Notes: generated by a model from the sequence alone, not told the origin. Numbered from the stretch's first letter, positions 31,842 through 44,308 are shown. The stretch: DNA of 64,000 nt from Escherichia coli (GCF_044324785.1 NZ_CP172127.1); one strand, 5' to 3'. Program-made: numbers and translations.

Positions 31842-32404
31842 AACGCCATCCACAGCCCCGGCAGCAGCATATTTCCGGTCGCCTGCAAGACTTCTGCGAC
31901 ACCCATATTGATGACATACAGCAGCAGAACGAGGATCATCGGCGAGAAATCAATCCCACCCATTGCCGGTAGCAAGCGGCGAATCGGGCGCAGCAGCGGA
32001 TCGGCCAGCTGAATCAGCACGTATTCAATCGGGCTACGACCCTGGCTTACCCAGCTCATAATCGCCATCACCAGCAGGACCCAGAAAATCAGCAGGCCGA
32101 TGGTTTTCAGCAGAATTAATAAACCGGCAATCCAAATGATTGGCAGGAAGGTCACCACTTTAAACAGCACGATGGCTTTAATGAAACTGAGAATATAGGC
32201 AACCAGCAGCGAGGCGCTATCAATGGGTCCCATTGCCGGAATAACGCGGCGCAGTGGCCCGATAATCGGCTGCGTTACCTTCACTACAAACTGTGAGAAG
32301 GGGTTGTAAAAATCACAATGAGCCCACTGCATCCAGATGCGTAATAACAGCACCATGGTATACAGCTCAATGACCGTTGAAAGCAGGAAAGTCAACGTAT
32401 TCAT
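31838..32404 (-). CDS. yggT: YggT-family inner-membrane protein (188 aa)
   Basis: Polytopic membrane protein; synteny. Confidence 0.85.
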
Positions 32405-32421
32405 GGCGTTCCTTTAATTCC

Positions 32422-33126
32422 TTATTTTTTAGAGTAATCACGCGCACCAAAAATTGCAGTGCCGATACGAACCATCGTGCTACCTGCCGCAATGGCGGCT
32501 TCCATATCGTCCGACATTCCCAGAGAGAGCGTGTCGATATGCGGGTAGCGCGTTTTCAGTCCGGCAAATGCTACAGCCATTTGGCGTGCAACTTCAAACT
32601 GCCTTACATATTCTGACTCAGGCGCAGGGATTGCCATCAGCCCGCGCAGACGTAAACGCGGTAGTTCAGCGACCGCAGCTGCCAGCTCGTCCAGTTCAGC
32701 CAGTTGAATCCCGGACTTACTGTTTTCATCACTAATATTAATTTGAATCAGTACGTTAAGAGGGGGAAGTTCTGCCGGGCGCTGGTCGTTCAGACGGGTA
32801 GCGATGCGCAAACGGTCGATGGTATGACACCAGTCGAAATGCTCTGCCACCAGGCGGCTTTTATTAGACTGCAACGGGCCAATAAAATGCCATTCTAATC
32901 CTGTTACGCCCAGTTCCTGAAAGTGGCGAATTTTATCTACCCCTTCCTGAACGTAGTTTTCACCAAATTGACGCTGCCCGGCATCAATGGCTTCTGCGAT
33001 GGCGCTCGCAGGTTTTGTTTTACTGACTGCAAGCAGCGTAATTTCTTCTGGAGAACGGCCGCAACGCGTTGCAGCCGCTGAGATTTTGTCCCGGACCTGT
33101 GCCAGGTTATGCGCAATATCGTTCAT
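32422..33126 (-). CDS. yggS: PLP homeostasis protein YggS (234 aa)
   Basis: Alanine-racemase-N-like fold-III PLP protein (...LAVSKTKP...). Confidence 0.9.
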   Translation of the reverse strand: MNDIAHNLAQVRDKISAAATRCGRSPEEITLLAVSKTKPASAIAEAIDAGQRQFGENYVQEGVDKIRHFQELGVTGLEWHFIGPLQSNKSRLVAEHFDWCHTIDRLRIATRLNDQRPAELPPLNVLIQINISDENSKSGIQLAELDELAAAVAELPRLRLRGLMAIPAPESEYVRQFEVARQMAVAFAGLKTRYPHIDTLSLGMSDDMEAAIAAGSTMVRIGTAIFGARDYSKK

Positions 33127-33143
33127 TTTCCGAGGATCTTAGT

Positions 33144-34124
33144 ATGAATATGGAAGAAATTGTGGCCCTTAGTGTAAAGCATAACGTCTCGGATCTACAC
33201 CTGTGCAGCGCCTGGCCCGCACGATGGCGTATTCGCGGGAGAATGGAAGCTGCGCCGTTTGACGCGCCGGACGTCGAAGAGCTACTGCGGGAGTGGCTGG
33301 ATGACGATCAGCGGGCAATATTGCTGGAGAATGGTCAGCTGGATTTTGCTGTGTCGCTGGCGGAAAACCAGCGATTGCGCGGCAGTGCGTTCGCACAACG
33401 GCAAGGTATTTCTCTGGCGTTACGGCTGTTACCTTCGCACTGCCCGCAGCTCGAACAGCTTGGCGCACCACCGGTATTGCCGGAATTACTCAAGAGCGAG
33501 AATGGCCTGATTCTGGTGACGGGGGCGACGGGGAGCGGCAAATCTACCACGCTGGCGGCGATGGTTGGCTATCTCAATCAACATGCCGATGCGCATATTC
33601 TGACGCTGGAAGATCCTGTGGAATATCTCTATACCAGTCAGCGATGTTTGATTCAGCAGCGGGAGATTGGTTTGCACTGTATGACTTTCGCATCGGGATT
33701 GCGGGCTGCATTGCGGGAAGATCCTGATGTGATTTTGCTCGGAGAGCTGCGTGATAGCGAGACAATCCGTCTGGCGCTGACGGCGGCAGAAACCGGGCAT
33801 CTGGTGCTGGCGACATTACACACGCGCGGCGCAGCGCAGGCAGTTGAGCGACTGGTGGATTCATTTCCTGCGCAGGAAAAAGATCCCGTGCGTAATCAAC
33901 TGGCAGGTAGTTTACGGGCAGTGTTGTCACAAAAACTGGAAGTGGATAAACAGGAAGGACGCGTGGCGCTGTTTGAATTACTGATTAACACACCCGCGGT
34001 GGGGAATTTGATTCGTGAAGGGAAAACCCACCAGTTACCGCATGTTATTCAAACCGGGCAGCAGGTGGGGATGATAACGTTTCAGCAGAGTTATCAGCAG
34101 CGGGTGAAAGAAGGGCGCTTGTGA
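33144..34124 (+). CDS. yggR: PilT-like type IV pilus retraction-ATPase homologue YggR (326 aa)
   Basis: Start at internal ATG (MNMEEIVALSVKH...); Walker A (GATGSGKSTT). This is a core gene, not part of the island. Confidence 0.85.
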   Translation: MNMEEIVALSVKHNVSDLHLCSAWPARWRIRGRMEAAPFDAPDVEELLREWLDDDQRAILLENGQLDFAVSLAENQRLRGSAFAQRQGISLALRLLPSHCPQLEQLGAPPVLPELLKSENGLILVTGATGSGKSTTLAAMVGYLNQHADAHILTLEDPVEYLYTSQRCLIQQREIGLHCMTFASGLRAALREDPDVILLGELRDSETIRLALTAAETGHLVLATLHTRGAAQAVERLVDSFPAQEKDPVRNQLAGSLRAVLSQKLEVDKQEGRVALFELLINTPAVGNLIREGKTHQLPHVIQTGQQVGMITFQQSYQQRVKEGRL

Positions 34125-34155
34125 CGTTGCTGTGTCTGATACGAATTGTAAATAT

Positions 34156-34250
34156 GCCCGATGCGCAAGCTTATCGGGCCTACAAGGGAAGCGTAACTTT
34201 GAATTCGCACTCACTGTAGGTTGGATAAGGCGTTTACGCCGCATCCAACA
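34156..34250. repeat. REP elements (two units)
   Basis: gcccgatgcgcaagcttatcgggcc and ggataaggcgtttacgccgcatcc motifs. Confidence 0.7.
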
Positions 34251-34297
34251 TGAAACAATGAGCACATTGTCAGAAATCTGTGCGCTAGTAAATCGCC

Positions 34298-34714
34298 TTA
34301 ATATCCCTGCTCGAAATAGCTTTCGAGAATAATAACCGCAGAGGCAGAGTCGACTTTGCCTTTGTTGAGCGCCCGATAGCCGCCCTGTTCAAACAGACCG
34401 GAACGTGCCTCCACGGTGCTAAGTCGCTCGTCATGGAGCTTTACTTCAACACCGAAACGACCATGAATACGGTTGGCAAATTTACGCGCTCTGGCGGTTA
34501 ACGGCTGTTCGGTGCCGTCCATATTCAGCGGCAAACCGACGATGATTTCGTCCGGCTGCCACTCTTTCAGTAAACGCTCGATAATGTTCCAGTCCGGCGT
34601 ACCGTCCTGCGCTTTAATTGCAGGCAAAGGGCGAGCGGTGCCGGTAATGCGTTGGCCGACCGCTACGCCAATGCTTTTGGTGCCGAAGTCGAAGGCGAGT
34701 AAGGTTCCACTCAT
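34298..34714 (-). CDS. ruvX: Holliday-junction-resolvase-like pre-16S rRNA nuclease RuvX/YqgF (138 aa)
   Basis: Start ([20 protein letters not shown]...) overlaps the yqgE stop. Confidence 0.9.
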
Positions 34715-35277
34715 CAGGCGTGTCCTGCCACACCAGGCATGGTGAGAATATCCACACCAATCAGTTTTGCCGCCTCGCGCCAGCGGTCGGCAATCGGCGT
34801 TTTGAACAGAATATTCAGATCTGCCGGGGCCGTTAGCCACGCGTTATCGAGAATTTCTTGTTCCAGTTGACCTTTCTCCCAGGAGGCATAACCCAGAGCC
34901 ACCAATACGTCAGACGGTTGTTTATCGGTGCCGAGCGTTTCCAGCACATCGCGGGAAGTGGTCATCACTGTGTTGTCTGAAATGCGAATGCTGGAAGCAA
35001 AATTGGAGGGCGGAGTATGCAAAATAAACCCGCGATCTTCAGCCAGCGGACCGCCGAGCATAACCGGTTTATCCAGACGGATTGATTCATCACGCGGCTC
35101 CGGCGTGATCTTCAGCTTTTCCAGAATCCCTTCAATTTTGAGATTTTCCAGCGGCTTGTTGACGATGATCCCCATTGCACCATTGGTATTATGTTCGCAA
35201 ATGTAGACCACGGAACGACGGAAAATCGGATCCTGGAGAGCAGGCATGGCAATAAGAAAGTGATGCTGTAAATTCAT
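34714..35277 (-). CDS. yqgE: UPF0301 protein YqgE (187 aa)
   Basis: Start at internal ATG ([17 protein letters not shown]...). Confidence 0.85.
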
Positions 35278-35385
35278 TGTCAGAGGTTCTGTTTCCTGGT
35301 TCAAAAAAGCAACAGCGCCCAGTATGCGTGGAAAGAAGGGCGCTGTCACTCAGAGTCTCAACGAGATCCTTCTCGCTAAGGTGGG

Positions 35386-36336
35386 TTACTGCTGCTGTAA
35401 ACGTGCTTCGATGGCATCCATTAACATTCCGGTGATCGACACCGGAAACTCTGCTTCAATCTCACGAATACAGGTTGGGCTGGTGACGTTAATTTCAGTC
35501 AGACGGTCGCCGATGATATCCAGACCAACAAAAATCAGCCCTTTTTCTTTCAGCGTCGGCCCAATCTGACGGGCGATTTTCCAGTCACTTTCCGTCAGCG
35601 GACGAGGTTCACCGCGACCACCGGCAGCCAGATTGCCACGGGTTTCGCCCCCCTGCGGAATACGCGCCAGGCAATACGGCACCGGCTCGCCATCCACTAC
35701 CAGCACGCGTTTGTCGCCATCTTTAATGGCTGGCAGGTAATTTTGCGCCATGCAGTAGCGAGTGCCATGCTCAGTCAGGGTTTCGGCAATCACGCCGAGG
35801 TTTGGATCACCTTCTTTCACGCGGAAAATCGACGCGCCGCCCATACCGTCCAGCGGCTTAAGAATGATGTCGCTGTGTTTTTCCCAGAAAGCTTTTAGCT
35901 GCGCTTTATTGCGTGTGACCAGCGTTTCTGGTGTTAAGTCAGAGAACCAGGCAGTGAACAGTTTTTCGTTACAATCGCGCAGGCTCTGCGGCTTGTTAAC
36001 GATCAGCGTCCCTTTATCTTCGGCACGTTCCAGAATATAGGTCGCGTAGATAAACTCGGTATCAAACGGCGGGTCTTTACGCATCAGGATCACATCGAGA
36101 TCGGCCAGCGGCAGATCCTGCTCACCCGTGAACTCGTACCATTTATCGTAGTTCTGTTCGACGCTCAAAGTACGGGTACGAGCGCGAGCCTCACCATTGA
36201 TCAAATAGAGATCGGCCATCTCCATATAGTGAAGTTCGTAACCACGACGCTGTGCTTCCAGCAACATAGCGAAACTGGAATCTTTCTTGATGTTGATGTT
36301 TGCGATGGGGTCCATCACGATGCCGAGCTTGATCAT
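35386..36336 (-). CDS. gshB: glutathione synthetase (316 aa)
   Basis: ATP-grasp translation (MIKLGIVMDPIANINIKKDSSFAMLLEAQRRG...). Confidence 0.95.
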   Translation of the reverse strand: MIKLGIVMDPIANINIKKDSSFAMLLEAQRRGYELHYMEMADLYLINGEARARTRTLSVEQNYDKWYEFTGEQDLPLADLDVILMRKDPPFDTEFIYATYILERAEDKGTLIVNKPQSLRDCNEKLFTAWFSDLTPETLVTRNKAQLKAFWEKHSDIILKPLDGMGGASIFRVKEGDPNLGVIAETLTEHGTRYCMAQNYLPAIKDGDKRVLVVDGEPVPYCLARIPQGGETRGNLAAGGRGEPRPLTESDWKIARQIGPTLKEKGLIFVGLDIIGDRLTEINVTSPTCIREIEAEFPVSITGMLMDAIEARLQQQ

Positions 36337-36348
36337 TATTCTTCTCCG

Positions 36349-37080
36349 TTAGCCCAAATCGCCAAAACGCACTTGTAGCGCGGTAATGGCGGTGAGCGCA
36401 GTTGTCTCAGTACGCAAAACGCGAGGTCCCAACAGGATATCAGTAAATTGATAGCGGGCAGTCATGGCAATTTCATCTGCCGATAAACCGCCTTCCGGGC
36501 CAATCAGCAGGCGGACGCGTTCGACCGGTAACGGCAACGTATTGATGCTGTTGCTGGCGCGCGGGTGAAGATTCAGTTTCAGTCCTTCATCCTGCTCTGC
36601 ACACCAGGCTTCCAGATCCATCGCTGGACGGATTTCCGGCACCCGGTTACGGCCACACTGCTCACAGGCAGCAATTGCAATCTTCTGCCACTGCTGGAGC
36701 TTCTTGTTCAGACGTTCACTATCCAGTTTAACGCCGCAGCGCTCAGAAAAAAGTGGCGTAATGAGGCTTACACCGAGTTCGATCGATTTCTGGATAGTAA
36801 ATTCCATTTTTTCACCACGCGACATCACCTGACCGAGGTGAATATGCAGCGGAGATTCGCGATCGTCGATCTGGCCTTCCAGCACCTTCACTTCCACGCT
36901 TTTTTTGCTGGCGCTGGTAATTTCGGCGTCAAAGACCTGGTTGCTGCCGTCAAACAATTGCAGCGCCTGTCCCGGCCCCATACGCAGTACGCGCCCGATA
37001 TGGTTGGCGGCATCTTCGCAAAGCGCGATGTGAGAATGGCTGGTCAGTGGTTCAGGATGATAAATGCGGGGGATACGCAT
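36349..37080 (-). CDS. rsmE: 16S rRNA m3U1498 methyltransferase RsmE (243 aa)
   Basis: Start at internal ATG ([12 protein letters not shown]...). Confidence 0.85.
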
Positions 37081-37159
37081 AGTTAAAAATCCGCGTCGTC
37101 TCCCCACGCGGTTGTACGCGTGGGGTAGGGGTTAACAAAAAGAATCCCGCTAGTGTAGG

Positions 37160-37867
37160 TTAGCTCTTTCGCGCCTGGCAAGCGCGTTGCACATACGGGT
37201 TATGATTGCCCTGCACCTTCGCGATGCGTTCATCACGCTCGCACTCCCAGTCGGTAACTGGATACATCTTGTCCCATGCGTTGAACAGCTGCGTTTGCTG
37301 ACGAGAGAGTGTCAGGTTGTATTGGTCACGCATATAGAAGTAGGTGCGCGCAATGGCACCGCGTGCACGCGCTGGTGGCTCGGCAACTTTTTCTTTGAAA
37401 TCGACCTTCATGGCGCATTGACCGTACTGGCCTTCACCGCCATTCCACTGGCTGTACATAAAGTTGCCGCGATCGCCATTCACCTCACCGACTGACGGCT
37501 GCAGGTTATGCATATCGCTTTCCATCTTGCGATAGACCGGATCTTTGGCGCAATTTTTACGTCCACCGTCCTGCCAGCACTGGCGCTGGTGACCGAATTG
37601 CCAGGCAGGAACGACGTGTTCCCACTCTACGCGGCTGGCACGGTTTTCATTTTTTCGCACCTGATAGCCGCACGATTGCAGATCAACAACGCCTTTTTTG
37701 CCCTGCCAGTTAATTTTACATCCGCAATAAAACGTACCGGGCGCGTCAGCGTGGACTTTTACCGCCGCGGCTTTCGCTTGAGAAAAACTATTGATACCTT
37801 CGGCCAATGCCGGGCCGGAAAATGCTGCGCTCAGTACCACCGCAGCAATAGACAAATAACGGTACAT
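37160..37867 (-). CDS. endA: periplasmic endonuclease I (235 aa)
   Basis: Signal peptide plus Cys-rich nuclease translation. Confidence 0.9.
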   Translation of the reverse strand: MYRYLSIAAVVLSAAFSGPALAEGINSFSQAKAAAVKVHADAPGTFYCGCKINWQGKKGVVDLQSCGYQVRKNENRASRVEWEHVVPAWQFGHQRQCWQDGGRKNCAKDPVYRKMESDMHNLQPSVGEVNGDRGNFMYSQWNGGEGQYGQCAMKVDFKEKVAEPPARARGAIARTYFYMRDQYNLTLSRQQTQLFNAWDKMYPVTDWECERDERIAKVQGNHNPYVQRACQARKS

Positions 37868-37961
37868 CACTTACTCCGTGTTAAAACGAGCCAGCAACGT
37901 AGCGAAAGTTGTTTTGGTATGCAATCAGCCAGATCAGGAAAGTTCCTGATAGTTCAGGTGG

Positions 37962-38459
37962 TTATTTCGCAACCAGCTGTTCGCCGCAGTGAACACAGCG
38001 ATAGACGGCTTCGCCACGAACTACGCGATTATGACGGCGTACGGTAAGCTGATGCTCCTGGCACTTGCAGCGGTAGGGGAAGGTGTTGCGGCGCACGGAT
38101 TGCAGTTCGAACTGATGCGTACGGCGGGCGGGAACGCCCAGCACGCTTTCCATCATCCACTTCCACTCTTTGCCATGTGGCGCTACGCGGCCGAAATGTT
38201 TCCATACCAGCAAATGTGCCAGTTCGTGCGGCACCACTTCTTCAATAAAGGCTTCACTGTTTTCCAACAGCAAAACGGGATTGAGACGAATTTCATAGCT
38301 TTCCAGCCAGGCTGTTCCGGCAGAGGTTCCGCGCTGGGTGTAAGAGAGTTTTGGCTCCGGGTAGTTACGCCCTAGCTTCAGGTTGGCCTGGGCGAGTTTT
38401 TCCCGCAGGCGACGCATAACGGCCTGTTGGATGGCGATAGGGAGACGGGATGTTTTCAT
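37962..38459 (-). CDS. sprT: SprT-like zinc metalloprotease (165 aa)
   Basis: HExxH ([11 protein letters not shown]) and C-terminal zinc ribbon (CxxC...CxxC). Confidence 0.85.
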   Translation of the reverse strand: MKTSRLPIAIQQAVMRRLREKLAQANLKLGRNYPEPKLSYTQRGTSAGTAWLESYEIRLNPVLLLENSEAFIEEVVPHELAHLLVWKHFGRVAPHGKEWKWMMESVLGVPARRTHQFELQSVRRNTFPYRCKCQEHQLTVRRHNRVVRGEAVYRCVHCGEQLVAK

Positions 38460-38535
38460 AGCGGCAGAGGATAGAGCGAAGAAAAGATGACTGCAAGAGG
38501 TGGCTTCCTCCATGATGGGAGGAAGCCTGAGGAGA

Positions 38536-39930
38536 TTAATCGTGAGCGCCGATTTCGCGCAGTTTACGACCTTTCATCAGATTACGTTCAATATGTTCCA
38601 GCGAAACGTGTTTGGTTTCCGGTACCAGCCACAATGTCAGCAGGATAAACAGTACGTTCAGAGCAGCATACACCCAGAAGGTGTTGGCGTTACCCAGCGT
38701 GTTGAGCATGGTCAGGAACGTTGCGCCAACGATCATGTTGGCAATCCAGTTGGTGGCAGTGGAGCAGGTGATGCCAAAATCGCGGCCTTTCAGCGGCTGA
38801 ATTTCGGAGCACAGTACCCAAATCAGCGGACCGGCACTCATGGCAAAACCGACAATAAACATCAGCAGCATGGCGATGGCGAAATACTGCGCCGACGGAG
38901 AGTGGATACCGATATGCATCATTGTACCGAGTACGCCCATACCAGCAGCCATCACCAGGAAGCCCAGCGTTAGCGTTGGTTTACGTCCCCAGCGGTCAAC
39001 AAGGCCGATTGCGATAAAGGTGGCAAGTACGTTGGTCAGGCCGACAATCACTGTCCCCCACATTTGCTCGGTGGTGTTGGTATAACCCGCCAGTTCGAAG
39101 ATTTTCGGCGCGTAATACATGATGACGTTCATCCCGGTGAATTGCTGCATTACCTGCAATAGTACGCCAAGGAACACCGCGCGGCGGAAGTTGCTATTCT
39201 CTTTAAACAGCGCCCAGCCACTCTGTTTAACCTGCAAACTTTCACGGATTTCATCCAGTTCGCGTTTCGCTTCCGCGCTGGTGTCACGCAGGCGTAGCAG
39301 CACGCGTTCGGCATCAACAAAACGGCGTTTGGCGGCAAACCAACGTGGGCTGTCTGGCAGGAAGAAGACACCAATCAGCAGCAAAATTGCCGGGATGATA
39401 ATCACACCCAGCATCCAGCGCCATGCACCGGTGTAGCTGAAGGCGGTATCAGAAAGATAAGCGCCGAGGATCCCGATAGTGATCATCAACTGATACATCG
39501 AGATCATACTGCCGCGAATTTTTTCCGGCGCAATTTCAGAGAGGTACAGCGGTGCGGTATAAGAGGCCACACCCACTGCCAGCCCCAGCAAAACGCGGGA
39601 AAGAATCAGTACTTCAACGTTTGGCGCAGCAGCAGAGAACAGTGAACCGGCAACAAACAAGATTGCGCCGATCATCAGGCTCTTTTTGCGCCCGAGTTTA
39701 AAGGAGAGCCAGCCGCTGCCCACCGCACCGACTGCCGCACCGAACATCATGGAGCTTACGACCCATTCTTGCGTGTGCGAAGTAATCTGGAATTCATCTG
39801 CAATAAACGGCAGTGCGCCAGCAATTACACCGATATCCAGGCCAAAGAGTAATCCCGCCAGAGCGGCAAGGAAGCAGACGAAAAACGTCATTGCCTTGTT
39901 TGACCGCCCCTGTTTTTTAGCGTCAGGCAT
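38536..39930 (-). CDS. galP: galactose:H+ symporter GalP (464 aa)
   Basis: MFS sugar-porter translation ([43 protein letters not shown]...). Confidence 0.95.
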   Translation of the reverse strand: MPDAKKQGRSNKAMTFFVCFLAALAGLLFGLDIGVIAGALPFIADEFQITSHTQEWVVSSMMFGAAVGAVGSGWLSFKLGRKKSLMIGAILFVAGSLFSAAAPNVEVLILSRVLLGLAVGVASYTAPLYLSEIAPEKIRGSMISMYQLMITIGILGAYLSDTAFSYTGAWRWMLGVIIIPAILLLIGVFFLPDSPRWFAAKRRFVDAERVLLRLRDTSAEAKRELDEIRESLQVKQSGWALFKENSNFRRAVFLGVLLQVMQQFTGMNVIMYYAPKIFELAGYTNTTEQMWGTVIVGLTNVLATFIAIGLVDRWGRKPTLTLGFLVMAAGMGVLGTMMHIGIHSPSAQYFAIAMLLMFIVGFAMSAGPLIWVLCSEIQPLKGRDFGITCSTATNWIANMIVGATFLTMLNTLGNANTFWVYAALNVLFILLTLWLVPETKHVSLEHIERNLMKGRKLREIGAHD

Positions 39931-40012
39931 GATGCCCTCCAATATGGTTATTTTTTATTGTGAATTAAGATAGGTGAGTACGACGTAAAAAGATGTGAAG
40001 CAAATCACATCA

Positions 40013-40028
40013 GTGTAATCGCTTACAC
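40013..40028. promoter_or_regulatory. candidate GalR/GalS operator upstream of galP (gtgtaatcgcttacac)
   Basis: Palindrome resembling the gal operator consensus, roughly 85-100 bp upstream of the galP start. Confidence 0.45.
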
Positions 40029-40317
40029 TAACATTTATCTTAGTTATGATTTAAGTGCATGAAAATAATTGAGTTATATCATCATAGATTAAACGCTGTT
40101 ATCTGCAATTAAGACTTTACTGAAAAGAAATGTAACAACTGTGAAAACCGAATAATAATATGAAAATATTACAAATCTTTGTCTGGTGTGGTTGGTGTAA
40201 TCGGTTTCAGTAGCGATGATAATTTGCGGTAAAACGTGTTCAGGAAGAATGATGTTATTGTGCGGGCAGCTTTTTGCCGGATGCCGCGTGAACGCCTATC
40301 CACCGCGGTGAGGTAAA

Positions 40318-40352
40318 AGAAAAAGGCCAGCGCGAGGCTGGCCTTTGAAAGC
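40318..40352 (-). terminator. metK rho-independent terminator
   Basis: Hairpin ggccagcctcgcgctggcc followed by a T-run on the minus strand just after the metK stop. Confidence 0.6.
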
Positions 40353-40365
40353 AGGTGAAGAAAGA

Positions 40366-41520
40366 TTACTTCAGACCGGCAGCATCGCGCAGCAGCTGCG
40401 CTTTGTCGGTTTTTTCCCACGGGAAATGTTCGCGACCAAAGTGACCGTATGCTGCGGTTTCTTTGTAGATCGGGTGCAGCAGATCCAGCATCTGAATCAG
40501 ACCGTATGGACGCAGGTCAAAGAACTCACGTACCAGCAGAGTCAGTTGTTCAGAAGGCACTTTCTCGGTACCGAAAGTTTCCACCATGATAGAGGTCGGT
40601 TCAGCCACGCCGATTGCGTAGGAAACCTGAATTTCACAACGATCGGCCAGGCCAGCAGCAACGATGTTTTTCGCGACATAACGTGCTGCGTACGCTGCGG
40701 AACGGTCCACTTTTGATGGATCTTTACCAGAGAATGCACCACCACCGTGACGTGCCATGCCGCCGTAGGTATCAACGATAATTTTACGACCAGTCAGACC
40801 GCAGTCACCCATCGGGCCACCGATAACAAAACGACCGGTCGGGTTGATGAAGAATTTGGTGGCAGAAGTCAGCCATTCAGCCGGCAGAATCGGCTTGATG
40901 ATCTCTTCCATTACCGCTTCTTGCAGCGATTTCTGGTCGATTTCTTCAGAGTGCTGAGTGGAAAGCACGACAGCATCGATACCAACGATTTTGCCGTCGT
41001 CATACTGGAAAGTCACCTGGCTTTTCGCGTCCGGGCGCAGCCACGGCAGAGTGCCGTTTTTACGCACTTCAGCCTGACGCTGTACCAGACGGTGTGCATA
41101 GGTGATAGGCGCTGGCATCAGCACGTCGGTTTCATTGGTTGCGTAGCCAAACATCAGACCCTGGTCACCCGCGCCCTGTTCCAGCGGATCGGCACGGTCA
41201 ACGCCCTGGTTGATGTCAGGAGACTGTTTGCCGATAGCGCTCAGAACCGCACAGGAGTTAGCGTCAAAGCCCATGTCGGAATGTACATAGCCAATTTCGC
41301 GAACGGTGTTACGGGTGATCTCTTCGATGTCTACCCAGGCGCTGGTGGTGATTTCGCCGCCAACTAAAACCATGCCGGTTTTTACGTAGGTTTCGCAAGC
41401 AACGCGTGCTTTCGGATCCTGTTCGAGGATCGCGTCTAAAACGGCATCAGAGATTTGGTCAGCAATTTTGTCAGGATGCCCTTCAGAGACGGACTCGGAC
41501 GTAAAAAGGTGTTTTGCCAT
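40366..41520 (-). CDS. metK: S-adenosylmethionine synthetase (384 aa)
   Basis: Start at internal ATG ([32 protein letters not shown]...). Confidence 0.95.
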
Positions 41521-41560
41521 ATTTAATATCACCTAAAGAGAATTTGGTTAGCTCAAACTG

Positions 41561-41827
41561 TTGTGTGGATTTTCTGTGGTAGCGGATCCTACCACGACTC
41601 TGCAGGTTAAAAACACTGGCAGTCTGAGTGTTAATCGGTATGGATGGATTAACATCTGGATGGCTATTTTAGGTCAGTTCTTCACCCAATTTCCACTTTT
41701 TTTTGAATCGTGTCTCATTCTGTTAAAAACGTGGCTGGAAATTTTTCCTGACAATGCTGGCATTCTGCGTATTTATCTTTTGCAATTTTCTGCCATTGTG
41801 GGGTATAAAACGCGGCGCGCGGCTTAA
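41561..41827 (+). CDS. small hypothetical ORF in the metK-speA intergenic region
   Basis: Open frame only; sits where K-12 annotates small yqgC/yqgD-type ORFs. I do not recognise the sequence. Confidence 0.2.
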
Positions 41828-42174
41828 ATAAAAAGCACACGACGTTTCTTTCGTGTTGCCACTTCCAGCCGGGTTGAAATCAGAGTTTTGGCTTGTGGGT
41901 TCGTCTTAACAGGCGGCCGTGGAGGTGATACGAAATAATGAACCGTTGTCTGCTGCTTAACCTGTCTCACCGTTCTGGTGAAGATTCGTTCCCCGCACTC
42001 TGCATCTCTGCTTTGCATACCTGCCGATGTTATACCCATCTCGGCGCTTCTCAGGATTCAAGAGCTGGTTACAGTTACTGAGGACTGAACAAGGGCGCTC
42101 TTGTAAAAACAAGAGTTTTCTCGTGGTTTCGCCGAACTGTCACACTTACGTTCGGTTATGTGCTTAATAATGTT

Positions 42175-42306
42175 ATGAAAAAGAAACCGGTTGCGCAGTT
42201 GGAGCGTCAGCATTCACTGCTGGAAAATCCATGTGCTTATGGGTTGTTATCGCAGTTCCAGGCTGCGATAGTCGTTAACTGTTTTACACTTAATAAAATA
42301 ATTTGA
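42175..42306 (+). CDS. yqgB: small protein YqgB (43 aa)
   Basis: [43 protein letters not shown] directly upstream of speA; below the track's length cut-off, found by reading the sequence. Confidence 0.7.
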
Positions 42307-42314
42307 GGTTCGCT

Positions 42315-44291
42315 ATGTCTGACGACATGTCTATGGGTTTGCCTTCGTCAGCGGGCGAACACGGTGTACTACGCTCCATGCAGGAGGTTGCAATGAGCTC
42401 CCAGGAAGCCAGCAAGATGCTGCGTACTTACAATATTGCCTGGTGGGGCAATAACTACTATGACGTTAACGAGCTGGGCCACATTAGCGTGTGCCCGGAC
42501 CCGGACGTCCCGGAAGCTCGCGTCGATCTCGCGCAGTTAGTGAAAACTCGTGAAGCACAGGGCCAGCGTCTGCCTGCACTGTTCTGTTTCCCACAGATCC
42601 TGCAGCACCGTTTGCGTTCCATTAACGCCGCGTTCAAACGAGCGCGGGAATCCTACGGCTATAACGGCGATTACTTCCTCGTTTATCCGATCAAAGTTAA
42701 CCAGCACCGCCGCGTGATTGAGTCCCTGATTCATTCGGGCGAACCGCTGGGCCTGGAGGCCGGTTCCAAAGCGGAGTTGATGGCGGTGCTGGCACATGCT
42801 GGCATGACCCGTAGCGTCATCGTCTGCAACGGTTATAAGGACCGCGAATATATCCGCCTGGCATTAATTGGCGAGAAGATGGGCCACAAGGTCTATCTGG
42901 TCATTGAGAAGATGTCAGAAATTGCCATTGTGCTGGATGAAGCAGAACGTCTGAATGTCGTTCCTCGTCTGGGCGTGCGTGCACGTCTGGCTTCGCAGGG
43001 CTCGGGTAAATGGCAGTCCTCTGGCGGGGAAAAATCGAAGTTCGGCCTGGCGGCGACTCAGGTACTGCAACTGGTTGAAACGCTGCGTGAAGCCGGGCGT
43101 CTCGACAGCCTGCAACTGCTGCACTTCCACCTCGGTTCGCAGATGGCGAATATTCGCGATATCGCGACAGGCGTTCGTGAATCCGCGCGTTTCTATGTTG
43201 AGCTGCACAAGCTGGGCGTCAATATTCAGTGCTTCGACGTCGGCGGCGGTCTGGGCGTGGACTATGAAGGCACCCGTTCGCAGTCCGACTGTTCGGTGAA
43301 CTACGGCCTCAATGAATACGCCAACAACATCATCTGGGCGATTGGTGATGCGTGTGAAGAAAATGGTCTGCCGCATCCGACGGTAATCACCGAATCGGGT
43401 CGTGCGGTGACTGCGCATCACACCGTGCTGGTGTCGAATATCATCGGCGTGGAACGTAACGAATACACGGTGCCGACCGCGCCTGCAGAAGACGCACCGC
43501 GCGCCCTGCAAAGCATGTGGGAAACCTGGCAGGAGATGCACGAACCGGGAACTCGCCGTTCTCTGCGTGAATGGTTACACGACAGCCAGATGGATCTGCA
43601 CGATATTCATATCGGCTACTCTTCCGGCACCTTTAGCCTGCAAGAACGCGCATGGGCTGAGCAGCTTTATTTGAGCATGTGCCATGAAGTGCAAAAGCAG
43701 CTGGATCCGCAAAACCGTGCTCATCGTCCGATTATCGACGAGCTGCAGGAACGTATGGCGGACAAAATGTACGTCAACTTCTCGCTGTTCCAGTCGATGC
43801 CGGATGCGTGGGGGATCGACCAGTTGTTCCCGGTTCTGCCGCTGGAAGGGCTGGATCAAGTGCCGGAACGCCGCGCTGTGCTGCTGGATATTACCTGTGA
43901 CTCTGACGGTGCTATTGATCACTATATTGATGGTGATGGTATTGCCACGACAATGCCAATGCCGGAGTACGATCCAGAGAATCCGCCGATGCTCGGTTTC
44001 TTCATGGTCGGCGCATATCAGGAGATCCTCGGCAACATGCACAACCTGTTCGGTGATACCGAAGCGGTTGACGTGTTCGTCTTCCCTGACGGCAGCGTAG
44101 AAGTAGAACTGTCTGACGAAGGCGATACCGTGGCGGATATGCTGCAATATGTACAGCTCGATCCGAAAACGTTGTTAACCCAGTTCCGTGATCAAGTGAA
44201 GAAAACCGATCTTGATGCTGAACTGCAACAACAGTTCCTTGAAGAGTTCGAGGCAGGTTTGTACGGTTATACCTATCTTGAAGATGAATAA
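42315..44291 (+). CDS. speA: biosynthetic arginine decarboxylase (658 aa)
   Basis: Start at internal ATG ([49 protein letters not shown]...). Confidence 0.95.
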
Positions 44292-44308
44292 TTAAGATTA
44301 TTCCGCTG

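Noticed and set aside
33144-34124. yggR (PilT-like ATPase) as part of the island's pilus system
   Set aside because: It sits deep in conserved core synteny about 15 kb from the island and belongs to the chromosomal type IVa remnant set, not the type IVB operon.
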